NCBI GenBank assembly: GCA_965248195.1
Contig: CBDFIQ010000002.1
Coordinates: forward strand, 32,001 to 96,000
Source: Longimicrobiales bacterium
GTDB lineage: Bacteria > Gemmatimonadota > Gemmatimonadetes > Longimicrobiales > Gaopeijiaceae
DNA: 64,000 nt
Reading direction: 5' to 3'
Below, piece by piece: positions 22,020-31,892 of this stretch (the first letter of the stretch is position 1; each line of letters opens with the position of its first letter). The notes under the pieces were generated by a model, which saw nothing but the letters and a program-made list of their open reading frames with translations, was not told the origin of the DNA and did not search any database. The translations under genes and the position numbers were made by a program.

Positions 22020-22367
22020 ATGAACCGTCTTGTACTGCCGTTCATTATCGGCTCGCTTCTTTTCCCGATGGGCTGCGGCGACTCGACTGGGCCGAAGCTT
22101 GCTAGCGTCGATGTCAGTCCGGCAACGACGACCTTGGCGGTGATCGGCGGCACGGTCCAGTTTACCGCCATTGGCCGGGATTTGAATGGGAATGCGATCA
22201 TAAGCGGGGGATTTGTCTGGTCGTCCTCCAACCCGCAGGTGGCGACCGTGGGCGAATCCAGCGGTCTGGCCACGGCGGTGGCAAACGGGAGCACCATGAT
22301 CTCCGCTGACAGCCCGTCGCTTCTTGGCCAGTCGGGGTCCGCTACGTTGACTGTGGCTGCACCGTAG
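22020..22367 (+). CDS. Lipoprotein with a bacterial Ig-like (Big_2) domain
   Basis: PMGC lipobox; VSPATTTL...WSSSNPQVATV...GLATAVANGSTMISA. Confidence 0.8.
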   Translation: MNRLVLPFIIGSLLFPMGCGDSTGPKLASVDVSPATTTLAVIGGTVQFTAIGRDLNGNAIISGGFVWSSSNPQVATVGESSGLATAVANGSTMISADSPSLLGQSGSATLTVAAP

Positions 22368-23583
22368 CTGGCCCGCGAGACGCCATCGGTCGGTTCGGCC
22401 GCGTCCGGGACGGAGCCATGCACACGATCAAAGGCCGCAGGGTATGAAGCACCTCGATGGTGTCGCCTTGGGCCTCAAGTACATCCGGAAGCCGGCGGTA
22501 CGCCTGGGGGGCTTCGTCTAGGTCGCCGCCGCGGAGCACGACGCCCTTGTCGTCCAGCCACGTTTGCATCTCTTCATGGCTGATTTTGCCCGGCCTCACC
22601 ATCCGCCCCTTCTTCCATTTGCCAGCGGCCTCCATCCTGCCCATCACGCGGCCCGCTCCGTGGACGGTGGAGAATAGAGCGTTCCCCTTCATCGCCCAGT
22701 CGTCGGGATCCGGGGAGTGTTGCCCCTGGAGGATCACCGAGTCGTCCCCCATCGAGCCGCCGACGAAACCCTTCTGGCCGGGGAACGCGGGTGTCGCTCC
22801 CTTACGTACAACGACCAACTCCTCGCCGTCGTGCTCCTCTTTCCACGCGAAATTGTGGTGATTGTGGACCAACTCCATTTCTTGCCCGCCGATGATCTCG
22901 ACGACCTTGCGTGTCACCCACTCGCGACCAGCGTAGGCGTACTCTCCGGCCAGGCTCATCGCTTCCCAATAGTCATGTCCCAGCGGGGTGGAGAGATCCA
23001 GCAACACTTCCGCGTTCATGTCGGGCCGGTCGCCCCAATAGAGACCTTGAGCTAGTGCGACGAAGTTGTGAGCGAGGTTGAAGCCGAGCGCCCGGCTCCC
23101 AAAGTGGACGCCCACCCATACCGCTCCCACCTCATCGGAGAACACGTCCACGTAGTGATTGCCACCACCCATCGTACCGAGTTGCGCCCGAGACTTCCCC
23201 TGAAGGTTACCTCGGTGCTTCCTCGGGATGACGGCCCACCTGGGGTCCTCGAACAGCGGATCGTCTTTCGGTGCGTCGTCGCAGGAGTTCGACATCCCCG
23301 GCCCGAACGCGATCGTATCGAAGATTTCGTCAGCCAGGTCGGGCAGGTCGTCCACCAGAGCTTCGGCAATCAGATCGGTGCGGATCGCCGCGTTCCCGCA
23401 GCCGATGTCCACCCCCACGCCGATCGGTGAGACCCTGTTCCGATACGCGGCTACGCCTCCGATCGGCATGACGTACCCCAAGTGCCCGTCGGCCATCAAC
23501 GCCGCCCGGTCTGCTCTTGAGGCAACATCGTTGAATTGCTCCAGGGTCTTGTCGTCATGAACTCCAAATACGTGTGAAATCAT
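22342..23583 (-). CDS. rtcB: RtcB-family RNA ligase
   Basis: MADGHLGY, GVDIGCG, QLGTMGGGNHY, HFGSR, HNHHN, RKGATP, HGAGR, DEAPQAYR. Confidence 0.92.
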   Translation of the reverse strand: MISHVFGVHDDKTLEQFNDVASRADRAALMADGHLGYVMPIGGVAAYRNRVSPIGVGVDIGCGNAAIRTDLIAEALVDDLPDLADEIFDTIAFGPGMSNSCDDAPKDDPLFEDPRWAVIPRKHRGNLQGKSRAQLGTMGGGNHYVDVFSDEVGAVWVGVHFGSRALGFNLAHNFVALAQGLYWGDRPDMNAEVLLDLSTPLGHDYWEAMSLAGEYAYAGREWVTRKVVEIIGGQEMELVHNHHNFAWKEEHDGEELVVVRKGATPAFPGQKGFVGGSMGDDSVILQGQHSPDPDDWAMKGNALFSTVHGAGRVMGRMEAAGKWKKGRMVRPGKISHEEMQTWLDDKGVVLRGGDLDEAPQAYRRLPDVLEAQGDTIEVLHTLRPLIVCMAPSRTRPNRPMASRGPATVQPQST

Positions 23584-23790
23584 TCGCTCGTCAGCCCTCA
23601 GCCAGACGTCTCCCACCCAATACGAAAGGGAGCACGCTCGAGTCGCTTGAGTCTCTAGTCCTAAACTGTCCACTGTACGGGGGCAACTCCAAACGCCTCT
23701 CTAGGCCACGAGGATGGAGCCATACCCCGGCGCGTAAGCTGCGCAGGATGTTGCTTGGCGTAGCGGTCGCCCTCGACCCGCGGGATGACC

Positions 23791-25503
23791 TCACAGCACC
23801 TTGAGGTACTCCAGGAGCGCGGTCTTCTGCTCTTCCGTGAGCGACCTGAACTCGGTCTCATGGCCTGACCGGCCCCTTCCCGGCGAGCCGGTATCGTAGA
23901 GGGTCGGGCTGGACCAGGGGGTGTAGCCGGCTGGATAGCCGTACACGCCCGCATCGTCCCGCTCGCCGGCAATGCCCACGTGCTCGAAGTCGAGCATGTG
24001 CCCACCGACCATGAAACGGTCGGGCCGCATCTCGGGGTGCATCAAGTGCCAAAGCGTCGGGACCGAGCCGTTGTGCAGATAAGGCGCGGTCGCCCAGAGG
24101 GCCGTCAGAGGCTGCGCGACGTATCCGCCGGTGGTCGTCACGTCCAGGTATCGTCCGTACGGTGTGGCGTGGACCTCGTCGGCGAACTCTGCGGTCGCCA
24201 GCTCCCACCGGTGCGGGTCAGTGCCCATCGAGTCCTGCGGTACGAGTCGATTGGGGAAGCTGACCAGGACCACGTCCTCGAGGCCCTCCGAGAACTTGCC
24301 GTGACAGGCGGCGCAGTCCTGTTGGTAGATTCGCCGTCCATCCATCGCGAGAGCCGAATCGATCGAGCTCGGGAACGGCGGTGCGCGGAGCACCTCCAGA
24401 ATTTCCATGAAGTACCGAACGCCGTCGTAACCGTCACGCGCCTTGTTCGGCGGGACCCCCAGGGTCGGCACGACGAAGAAGGTCGTGATGTCGGCAAGTC
24501 CGTCGAGGTGCGTGTTGGTGACCTGCGCGAGCTGCATCTCCGCGAAGCGAGGTCGATGGGGTAGTCCGTACGTGCCGTCGTACAGCAAGGAACTCCGCAG
24601 GACTGTGCCACCGAGATCCGGGATGGACGTGAACGCCACCTCGGTGGCAGTCTCGTCCTCTCCCAACATGCCGAGGATGTTCTTGATCGACGCCACCCCG
24701 TTCGTGAGGCCCGCGCTCCCGTTGATGAACGGGAGCGGTGAGGCTCGCCCTCGCCACTCCTCTGCGAAGCGATCCCGGAGAAGGGGAAGCGCGTGATCAC
24801 GGATCGTGTCGCGCTCGCGGATCGACATATCCCCGAAAAGTGTGTCCATCGCTTCCCAGAACCGCTCCTCCTGGCCCTGGAAGTGGGCGAGGCTCCGAAA
24901 CAGTGTGGTCACATAAGCCTCGAGGTCGAGCGACGTGTTCGGGAGGCCGATCCAGGCGTCTCGAGTCGCGCGGCCGGTCTTGTCGTAGAGCACGCCGGTA
25001 TGGCACGCGGCGCATCCCACGTTTGCTCCCTCCAGCTCCACGGACGGGAACCCACGCGACATCGTGCCGCGCACGAGGCCGATGGGTCCGTCGAGCGCGG
25101 GCGGCGGGCCCCGCCAGTTGAGGATCGAGTCGGCTTGAATGAAGCCCATCTCGGCGAGCAGACGGGTGAGCGTCGCGAGCTCGAGCGGCAGACCCCCCTC
25201 GTCGTGGGCCTCGAGCACCATAGCCGTGGCGGCGACCTTCCACGGTACCGTGTGCCGGTCCAGGCCGTCCGTGTTGAGGCTGCCCCAGTCGTCATAGAAG
25301 AAGTGCGCCACTCCGAGCGCCGCCGGGTCACCACCGGCTTCTTCGATCGAAGAGACGGCGGGGTCGAGCCCGATCGGGCGACCCGAGGCGTACCCGCGGA
25401 GCAGCCTACCCGGCCATGCGCATCCGATAGCGAGGCCACAGAGAAGGACGACCGACGAGAAGCGAAGGACGACCAACGAAAAGCGGAAGACGTTCATAAT
25501 CAC
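23791..25503 (-). CDS. Exported di-haem c-type cytochrome, RoxA/MauG-like
   Basis: Two CAACH motifs; WATAPYLHNGSVPTL; C-terminal YDTGSPGRGRSGH...ALLEYLKVL; N-terminal signal. Confidence 0.8.
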   Translation of the reverse strand: MIMNVFRFSLVVLRFSSVVLLCGLAIGCAWPGRLLRGYASGRPIGLDPAVSSIEEAGGDPAALGVAHFFYDDWGSLNTDGLDRHTVPWKVAATAMVLEAHDEGGLPLELATLTRLLAEMGFIQADSILNWRGPPPALDGPIGLVRGTMSRGFPSVELEGANVGCAACHTGVLYDKTGRATRDAWIGLPNTSLDLEAYVTTLFRSLAHFQGQEERFWEAMDTLFGDMSIRERDTIRDHALPLLRDRFAEEWRGRASPLPFINGSAGLTNGVASIKNILGMLGEDETATEVAFTSIPDLGGTVLRSSLLYDGTYGLPHRPRFAEMQLAQVTNTHLDGLADITTFFVVPTLGVPPNKARDGYDGVRYFMEILEVLRAPPFPSSIDSALAMDGRRIYQQDCAACHGKFSEGLEDVVLVSFPNRLVPQDSMGTDPHRWELATAEFADEVHATPYGRYLDVTTTGGYVAQPLTALWATAPYLHNGSVPTLWHLMHPEMRPDRFMVGGHMLDFEHVGIAGERDDAGVYGYPAGYTPWSSPTLYDTGSPGRGRSGHETEFRSLTEEQKTALLEYLKVL

Positions 25504-26705
25504 CCCGGGCTCAGTAGCCTGGCATACTTCTGCAGCAACGCCATCTCCAGCATGGGATTATACGTACTCGTGAACTGCGGAAGATTTAGTAGTAGGAATG
25601 CGTACGGTTTCTGCGAGAGGAGCGCGACGTGTGTCATGCCGTTCTGCTCGAGAAGCCCGATGAGCTGCTCCGTCCCTTCACGATCGTCCTGACGCTTGCC
25701 GAGACCGGCCCTGAGGCTCGATAGCGTGCACACCGCATCTGCCCCGTCCAACACGTCCGCCATCTCCGCCGGCTCGTAAAGGTCCAGGTCCGATCCACGA
25801 ACGACTAAGTGCTCCCGAGCGAGGGGGAGGCGATAAAGCGAGTCGATGAAGTCGTTGATCGACCCGGTTCGTGCATCCAGGAGCCACCGGAAGAAGGAAG
25901 TGCTCTGGCTGTCGCGCCGCAGGCTCCTCAACCGCTCGAGAATGATGAAGAGCAAGACGAAGGAGAAGGACACGAAGAACATCGCGAAGTACAGGTCCGT
26001 GGCCCCGCCCGGGGCGAGGACCGCTAAGGTGCTGGTGACCACCAAAGCCCCGGCACCGACCCAGAACAGTTCTCGAACCACGAACACCCATGACTCATCC
26101 GGGTCCGTGAACCGCACGCAGACGTAGACGAAGATCAGGCCGCCGATCCCGCCGAGCCGGAAGTGCAGCCAGCTCGGAGCGATCTGGAGATCGGTCAGCG
26201 CGAGCACGAACGCGATGGCCAGGGCGGTCGTCACTCCCGTGATGAGGCGGTTCTCCATGGGAGCGTGTCCCCTCCGGTCCCGGAAGGCGACAACGAGAGC
26301 GAGCCCTGCGAAAGTTCCGAGCGTGACCACCTTGGAGATCGTCCAGAGGTCGTCCCGACTGACGAGAGGGACCAGGTTCAAAACGACGCAGGCCAGGGTG
26401 CCGACCGCCATGAACACCTTGAAAGAGGGACGTAGGTGTCGTCGCGTGAGCGCCTCCACAAACAGCCCCAGGGCCAGTGGGAGAAGTGTGGCCGGCACAA
26501 ACGAAGTCACCTGGAGGCGCTCGTCTTCCGTGAGCCAATAGAATCCTCTGCTGATGAAGAGCGCGGCCAGGCAATACAGCAGCACCAGCATCATCAGTTC
26601 GAGGTAGCTCCGGCTGCGATCTCGGTGGATATGCGCGATGTAGGCGATGGCTCCCGCGGCACCGACGAAGCTGAGGATCGGATCGGTCCAGGTCTCAAAT
26701 CCCAT
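25500..26705 (-). CDS. Polytopic membrane protein (about 8 TM) with a soluble C-terminal domain, function unknown
   Basis: Hydrophobic helices over roughly the first 255 aa; overlaps both neighbours. Confidence 0.7.
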   Translation of the reverse strand: MGFETWTDPILSFVGAAGAIAYIAHIHRDRSRSYLELMMLVLLYCLAALFISRGFYWLTEDERLQVTSFVPATLLPLALGLFVEALTRRHLRPSFKVFMAVGTLACVVLNLVPLVSRDDLWTISKVVTLGTFAGLALVVAFRDRRGHAPMENRLITGVTTALAIAFVLALTDLQIAPSWLHFRLGGIGGLIFVYVCVRFTDPDESWVFVVRELFWVGAGALVVTSTLAVLAPGGATDLYFAMFFVSFSFVLLFIILERLRSLRRDSQSTSFFRWLLDARTGSINDFIDSLYRLPLAREHLVVRGSDLDLYEPAEMADVLDGADAVCTLSSLRAGLGKRQDDREGTEQLIGLLEQNGMTHVALLSQKPYAFLLLNLPQFTSTYNPMLEMALLQKYARLLSPG

Positions 26706-27597
26706 CGGTCAGCCTCCGCATGAACCGTCGTACCAACCAGCCGAGTACCCAGGCTGTTGGCCGGCCTCTCGGCCGCTCGACACGCGCCGTCCATGGATTG
26801 AAGAAGTAGCCGCGATGATCGGTACCGGATCGCCTACCGAGGATGAGATTGATCGCCTCGAAGCACATGAGATTTCCGGCCGTGATCACCATGGGGGCGA
26901 ACGACATCCGGCTCCGCTCCCCGGTCAGCATCTCGGCGGCGATCTCTAGATCGAGATGGTGGCGGGAGGTAGAGTGGACGAGGACGTGCTCGATCTCCCG
27001 ACGCAGGCAGGTGTCTTCGTCCTCCGAAGAGACCTCGGTCCACGCCTTGTCCAACGTCGGGAAACGGAGTCGCTCCTCCGGCCGAGGGTCGCTTGGCCCG
27101 ACGACGTAGACCGACGGGAGAGGCGACGCATAGGCGTCGATCACCGTGGCTCCGTGCTCGCGGGCCTTCCGGTACAGCTGCACGCCGCTCGGGATGTGAT
27201 CCATGCCGTTGATCACGATCGGGTGCTCCGGAAGTAGGTCGTCGAGCTGCTCGATCCATTCCCCTGCCCGGGTCGTGACGTCCAGCTCGGGATTGATCGT
27301 GAGGAGCTGTCCGCGGACGGCCTCCACCTTGTTCTCACCCACCGTATCCATCGAGGCGAACACCTGGCGGTTCAGGTTGGACAGCTCGAAGCGATCGATA
27401 TCGGCGATCGTGAGCTTGGAGACGCCCGCTCGGGCGAGCGAGAGCGCACAGGCACCACCCATGCCCCCCACGCCACAGACGAATACTTCCGCACCTCGGA
27501 TCCGCTCCTGCTCCGCCTCGGTGACGAAGCCGATGTTGCGTTGCACGAACTCGGCGTAGTCGAAGGCCGAAGCTGGCGGCGGGTTCATTTCTTCCAT
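26695..27597 (-). CDS. ThiF/MoeB/E1-superfamily adenylyltransferase
   Basis: FDYAEFVQRNIGFVTEAEQ, GVGGMGG, DIDRFELSNLNRQ, INGMD; lacks Zn-binding CxxC pairs. Confidence 0.88.
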   Translation of the reverse strand: MEEMNPPPASAFDYAEFVQRNIGFVTEAEQERIRGAEVFVCGVGGMGGACALSLARAGVSKLTIADIDRFELSNLNRQVFASMDTVGENKVEAVRGQLLTINPELDVTTRAGEWIEQLDDLLPEHPIVINGMDHIPSGVQLYRKAREHGATVIDAYASPLPSVYVVGPSDPRPEERLRFPTLDKAWTEVSSEDEDTCLRREIEHVLVHSTSRHHLDLEIAAEMLTGERSRMSFAPMVITAGNLMCFEAINLILGRRSGTDHRGYFFNPWTARVERPRGRPTAWVLGWLVRRFMRRLTDGI

Positions 27598-28529
27598 GGT
27601 CTCAAATCGCGGAATTGGGTGCCGGCGCTGAACCAGTGGAGCATCGGGAGGAGGACGGAGCCTCCGAGTAGGAAGAGCGCCTGATAGAGGATGGACCCGA
27701 GCGATCGGCGAGGCACGGAGCGCAGGAGGTACCGCCTGGCGGTGGGAAGCCTGAACTGACCGATCTGGAGGAAGTCGTCTCCCCGATCGTAGTCGAGCTC
27801 GGTAGCGCAGACTTCGTTGTGCGAGTCCTGTCGATGTTTGGGAGCCGCGTCGAACGTTTTCTTGAGATTGTCGGAACCACCTGTGTAAGAGTCGGTGATG
27901 ACGAAGCGCTCGACGTCGAAGCCCGCTTCGTCGGCCACGCCGAAAACGTGTCGATGATCGGCCATGATTTGGCGGGCGATCGTAAGATGATTGTACGACC
28001 TCCGTGTCTCCCCGGAGCCTGACGGGAAGACATCGTCGAAGCTCTCAGATACCATGCCGAACACGGCTGGGACCTGGGTGACACTGCTGATCCAGAGAGG
28101 TCTCAGCTGCCGGTGGAAGAAGGTGAGCATCACGCTCAGTCCGTAGAGCACCCACGAGAGCCGCTTGCTCCGGAAGTCCGGATCGACCATGACCAGGCCC
28201 ATGTGGAGCAAATCCTCCTGGACGCCTCGAACATCCAGTGTGATGAGGGACAACGCGTTGAACGCAACCGGTCGGTTGGCCCCACATTCGTAGAGCACGG
28301 TCAGGACTGCGCGGTCGAGACAATCGGAGTTGCCGGTCAGGACGCCGTATTCGAGGGGCCCTCCCTCGAGCGAGCTCGCCGCGACCGTGCGCAAGTCTTC
28401 GACGAGGTCCTGAAGCTCATCAGGGGACATCCACAGACCCGGGCACTCCACGACACGTGCCCGCTGGTTGTTCGCGACGGAAAGCTCGACGTCGAGATAC
28501 CTGGCGCTCAGCTTGCGAATGCGCACCAT
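27585..28529 (-). CDS. GNAT-fold putative acyltransferase
   Basis: HMGLVMVDPDFRSKRLS resembles GNAT motif A; translationally coupled on both sides. Confidence 0.6.
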   Translation of the reverse strand: MVRIRKLSARYLDVELSVANNQRARVVECPGLWMSPDELQDLVEDLRTVAASSLEGGPLEYGVLTGNSDCLDRAVLTVLYECGANRPVAFNALSLITLDVRGVQEDLLHMGLVMVDPDFRSKRLSWVLYGLSVMLTFFHRQLRPLWISSVTQVPAVFGMVSESFDDVFPSGSGETRRSYNHLTIARQIMADHRHVFGVADEAGFDVERFVITDSYTGGSDNLKKTFDAAPKHRQDSHNEVCATELDYDRGDDFLQIGQFRLPTARRYLLRSVPRRSLGSILYQALFLLGGSVLLPMLHWFSAGTQFRDLRPWKK

Positions 28530-29567
28530 CTAGACCAGCAACTCGTCGGGTGGAAGGCGCGGGCTCTTAGGGGCGCCGTCCGGTGGGGCCTTCCCTACTC
28601 GGAACACGTTGATCACGGAAGCGTCTGGTTCGAGTCCACACCGTGTGCGCAAGCTCGCGCACTCGTCGAGATCGTCGGCCAACGCCGACATAGGGCATGC
28701 GCTCAACCCGCGGCGTGTGAGCTCGAGCCAGATCCGGTAGAAACTCCGGCCGGCCTCGAACCAGCCAGCGCTCTGACCCTGGTGGAGAACCAGCAGCGCA
28801 GCGGCAGAGCGGGTCGCACCGGCCTCGGCAGTGGCGAGTCGACCGAGGCCCGTGAGCTTCAAAACTCTGAACATGCCTGGCCTGAAGAGCATGACGGCTG
28901 CCCGAGCTTCGAGGGACGACATCGCCATACAGTCGGCGGTCAGGCCATCGCGTTGCCAGTCGGGGTGCGCCGGTGTGAAGCGGAGCCATGCATAAAGCTC
29001 GGCCTGCAACTCGGGGATCTCGAGGAACCGATAGGAGCTCCGGTCGTGGGCGCACGCCAGGTCGGCGATCTCTGTCGGAGCATCGATGACGGAGAGGCCC
29101 TCCTGAGTGTCGGCGAGACTTCGGACGCTCTTGAGCGCACTCGGGTCCGCCTGGAACCGGCTGCGGTAGCTTCGCCGGAGGGTGACAAACTCGGCGAGCG
29201 GTTCGCGGGCTCCTATCTCCGCGAGGGTGGTGCTGGCGACCAAGCGATATGGCCCTCCGTCGGTAGCCCCGCCCTCCGTTGGGTCCCCGAGGTCGAGGTC
29301 CGCCAGGTCAGGGGCACTGAGGCCGAGCCCGCGACAGGATAGAGCCAGGCTCATGCCCTCGAAGGCCGCTCCCAGGCTGACCATCGCGTCCTTTCCGGTC
29401 GGGTCCGCGAAAGGGACGCGCCTGCTCACGTCCACCAGCAAAAGCACACGCCCTCCCGGCAGAAACCGCCACCTGGCCGGCTGCGTATTGTGCGCGCTCG
29501 GAGACCGGTTCGCCTCGGCTACAAGGGCCAGAGCGTCCTCGCGGGTGAGGTCGACCATCGGGCTCAT
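28530..29567 (-). CDS. Nitroreductase-fold FMN protein (Acg-like, duplicated domain)
   Basis: ANRSPSAHNTQPARWRF, SLGAAFEG, RRSYR, AGRSFYRIWLELTRRGL, FRVG...KSPRLP. ATG overlaps the upstream TGA (TGATG). Confidence 0.85.
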   Translation of the reverse strand: MSPMVDLTREDALALVAEANRSPSAHNTQPARWRFLPGGRVLLLVDVSRRVPFADPTGKDAMVSLGAAFEGMSLALSCRGLGLSAPDLADLDLGDPTEGGATDGGPYRLVASTTLAEIGAREPLAEFVTLRRSYRSRFQADPSALKSVRSLADTQEGLSVIDAPTEIADLACAHDRSSYRFLEIPELQAELYAWLRFTPAHPDWQRDGLTADCMAMSSLEARAAVMLFRPGMFRVLKLTGLGRLATAEAGATRSAAALLVLHQGQSAGWFEAGRSFYRIWLELTRRGLSACPMSALADDLDECASLRTRCGLEPDASVINVFRVGKAPPDGAPKSPRLPPDELLV

Positions 29568-30673
29568 CAGAGGGGTCTCCGGAAGAGATGAAGCCGATGG
29601 AGCGGCCGACCCCCCAGCTTCTCCACCTGGCGGAGGCTGGCCTTGTTCTCGTCCGCGATCCACGTCAAGCCGAGGTGCGTGTAGCCAGCACCCTTGAGAG
29701 CCGTCGTGACACAATGGAGCATGGCCGGGTTCAGTCCCTGTCCCCACATCGACGGATGTACGGCCCAAAAGATGATCACCGCGCGACGGCGGTTCCCCAA
29801 ATACTTCAGGTAGCGGAAGGGGAAGGAGGGGCCGAACCGGGAGCCCGCGCTCTTCAGCAGGGGATTCAGGTCGGGAATACAGACCACTACGCCGACCGGT
29901 TCGTCCTCTCGGTACACGAGGTGGGACAGCCGCCCGTCGATGATCCACATCATCTCCTCGGCCTGGAAGAAGAACTCCTTCCTTGTGGGGGGCACGAACA
30001 TCGGGTTCCGGTCGAAGCTCACGTTCAGAACCGTGCGCATGTCCTCCAGCTGCCTACGGAAGCCGCGCCGCCGTATCGGGACCCAGCGCAGTTCGCTGCG
30101 GTCGAGCAACTCCTGGACCTTTGGATTCACCATTCGCTCGGCGGCGAACCCATCTAGCTCGAGCTCATGCGTAGTCATGGGGAAGAACGGCTCGAAGCCG
30201 CATTCAACAAGAAGACGCGGGATGTGTTGGGGGTTGTAGTGCATGTCGGTGTAGGCCGGGTTCCCGAAGCCCTCGGTCACGATGCCGATCTGTTGCATCG
30301 CTGTGAGATTGAAGTTGCCGGCAAGCTCCTCACACCCTTTCTGCCTACTCCACTCGGCTGCAGCTCCGAGCAACTCGCCTGCCACCTCCACGTCGTCCAC
30401 GCAATCGAAGAAGCCGAAGTAGGCTCGCCTGAGGCCATGGCGCTCGTTGGAATCGTGGTGGACATGTGCTACGACGCGCCCGAGCGACTGGCCATTACGA
30501 CGGACGCTGAAGTAGGTGAAGTCCCCGTGGTCTCTGAAAAGCGGATTCTTCCGGCCGTCCAGGAGCCGGGCGAGATCCGAGCGCATGAGGGACGTGAACA
30601 CGGGGTCGTCCCCGTACGAGTCGAAGGGGGCGGCGAAGAAGCTGTCGAAGTCGCGTTCGCAGAGTTCGTTCAC
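29567..30673 (-). CDS. Tandem-GNAT N-acyltransferase (YghO / bacterial ceramide synthase-like)
   Basis: GRVVAH...AYFGFFDCVDD.EVAGELL..AAEW, GNFNLT, YNPQH, IPDLN, AVHPSMWGQGL, TWIADEN. Confidence 0.75.
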   Translation of the reverse strand: MNELCERDFDSFFAAPFDSYGDDPVFTSLMRSDLARLLDGRKNPLFRDHGDFTYFSVRRNGQSLGRVVAHVHHDSNERHGLRRAYFGFFDCVDDVEVAGELLGAAAEWSRQKGCEELAGNFNLTAMQQIGIVTEGFGNPAYTDMHYNPQHIPRLLVECGFEPFFPMTTHELELDGFAAERMVNPKVQELLDRSELRWVPIRRRGFRRQLEDMRTVLNVSFDRNPMFVPPTRKEFFFQAEEMMWIIDGRLSHLVYREDEPVGVVVCIPDLNPLLKSAGSRFGPSFPFRYLKYLGNRRRAVIIFWAVHPSMWGQGLNPAMLHCVTTALKGAGYTHLGLTWIADENKASLRQVEKLGGRPLHRLHLFRRPL

Positions 30674-30682
30674 GGATCCGTC

Positions 30683-31885
30683 CTAAAAGAACAGGGTGAA
30701 ACTGAGCGACAGGTACTTGTCGAGCCGCCGAACGAACGTCGGCTCGTCCGAGGAATTGCCACCGAAGAGACGGCCGTCGAGCTCCACCGTCGCCCGGTCG
30801 CTTATCCTCCGGGATGCCGTGGCGGACGTGATCACGTTGCCACTCCGATAGTCGACCAAGGTGCGGCCCGAGACGGTCCAATCCTGCGTGAGGAGCCGGG
30901 CTCCGACGAAGAAATCGTTCTCCGTAGATGCCGTCGCGTCCTCTCCCCTGCCGTCGTACAGGTACTCGACGAAGACGCTCAGGTATGGGGCGAGCGCGTA
31001 CTCGAGGCCGCCAACGACTGCATAGAACTCCTCGAAGTCCGAAGCGCGGCGGAGCAACTCGACCTTCAGAAGTAGGGCGTCGCGCGTCCACTGTGCGTCG
31101 AGACTGGTCTGATTGATCTGGTCGTAGAACGGGATCCAACCCCGACCACCCCCGACCTGGGGTGATGGCTCGAAGCGCGGGTCGCGGTTGGTCCCCGAGA
31201 AGTGGGCCACGCCGAGGTCGAAGCCCCCCACGAAGTGGCTCCAGCGGAGGGCCCAGTCTATGTGTTCACGGCCCCGCTCGTGCTCGAACTCAACCGCGTC
31301 CTCATCGACCGGCAGCGAGGACCAGAGTGCTCCCCCTCGTCCCGCGAAACTCCGCTCCCGAAAGTACGGAAGCACGTAGCCCTCGAAGCTCCCCAGCGAC
31401 GTGAACGTCTTGAGGTTGAGGAGCGGCTGACCGAGCCGGCCCGGCGCCGGCGCGTCTTCCCCGAAGTCCCGCTGGTTGATCACGTCTACGAGCGCGACCG
31501 ACTCCGCCACGCCCCAGTTGAGCTGTCTCATGCCGACCGCAACTTCCCAGTCGTCCCAGATCTTCTCCCACACCAGATCGCGGAAGTCGAGGCGAGTTCG
31601 CGACTCGTTGTTCGGGTCGATGCGGATGAAGGGTGCGACGGTCAGGATCTGGGACCGGTCGTCCCATGTGAGTGAGCCTTCGACTTGCACGGTGAGGCTC
31701 AGCTCGTGGCGCGGGGCTTCCCCCGGGGCACTGTCGGAATAACCACGGGTGCCGATGGCTGCGCTTCCCGACCACTGCGCGGAGGCGGATGCTGGAGCGA
31801 CACCCCAGCAGGTGATCACGAATGCCAGCGTGCGCGTGAGGGAAGGATGTCGGACGCCTTCACCGGGTCGTCGAGGTAGTTGCAC
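30683..31885 (-). CDS. Outer-membrane beta-barrel protein of the MMPL/LolA-like transport trio
   Basis: Signal peptide ending ASA-Q; WGVAES..LVDVINQ, LPYFRER; C-terminal LSFTLFF. Confidence 0.72.
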   Translation of the reverse strand: MQLPRRPGEGVRHPSLTRTLAFVITCWGVAPASASAQWSGSAAIGTRGYSDSAPGEAPRHELSLTVQVEGSLTWDDRSQILTVAPFIRIDPNNESRTRLDFRDLVWEKIWDDWEVAVGMRQLNWGVAESVALVDVINQRDFGEDAPAPGRLGQPLLNLKTFTSLGSFEGYVLPYFRERSFAGRGGALWSSLPVDEDAVEFEHERGREHIDWALRWSHFVGGFDLGVAHFSGTNRDPRFEPSPQVGGGRGWIPFYDQINQTSLDAQWTRDALLLKVELLRRASDFEEFYAVVGGLEYALAPYLSVFVEYLYDGRGEDATASTENDFFVGARLLTQDWTVSGRTLVDYRSGNVITSATASRRISDRATVELDGRLFGGNSSDEPTFVRRLDKYLSLSFTLFF

Positions 31886-31892
31886 GGGGCGG

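Noticed and set aside
22342..23583. rtcB as tenth gene of the biosynthetic operon
   Set aside because: It is separated by about 200 bp containing a possible IS-end-like remnant, unlike the tight coupling of the other genes, and has no functional link.
23650..23692. Possible IS3-like terminal remnant (a similar one near 38800-38830)
   Set aside because: Resemblance only; no partner IR or transposase to confirm it.
26695..29567. ThiF + nitroreductase as an azole RiPP (TOMM) cluster or an E1-type anti-phage system
   Set aside because: No YcaO, convincing precursor, E2, JAB or ubiquitin-like gene is visible; the acyltransferase and lipid-transport context fits better.
29567..30673. Canonical sphingolipid locus
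   Set aside because: No serine palmitoyltransferase, ACP or ceramide reductase gene in the window.
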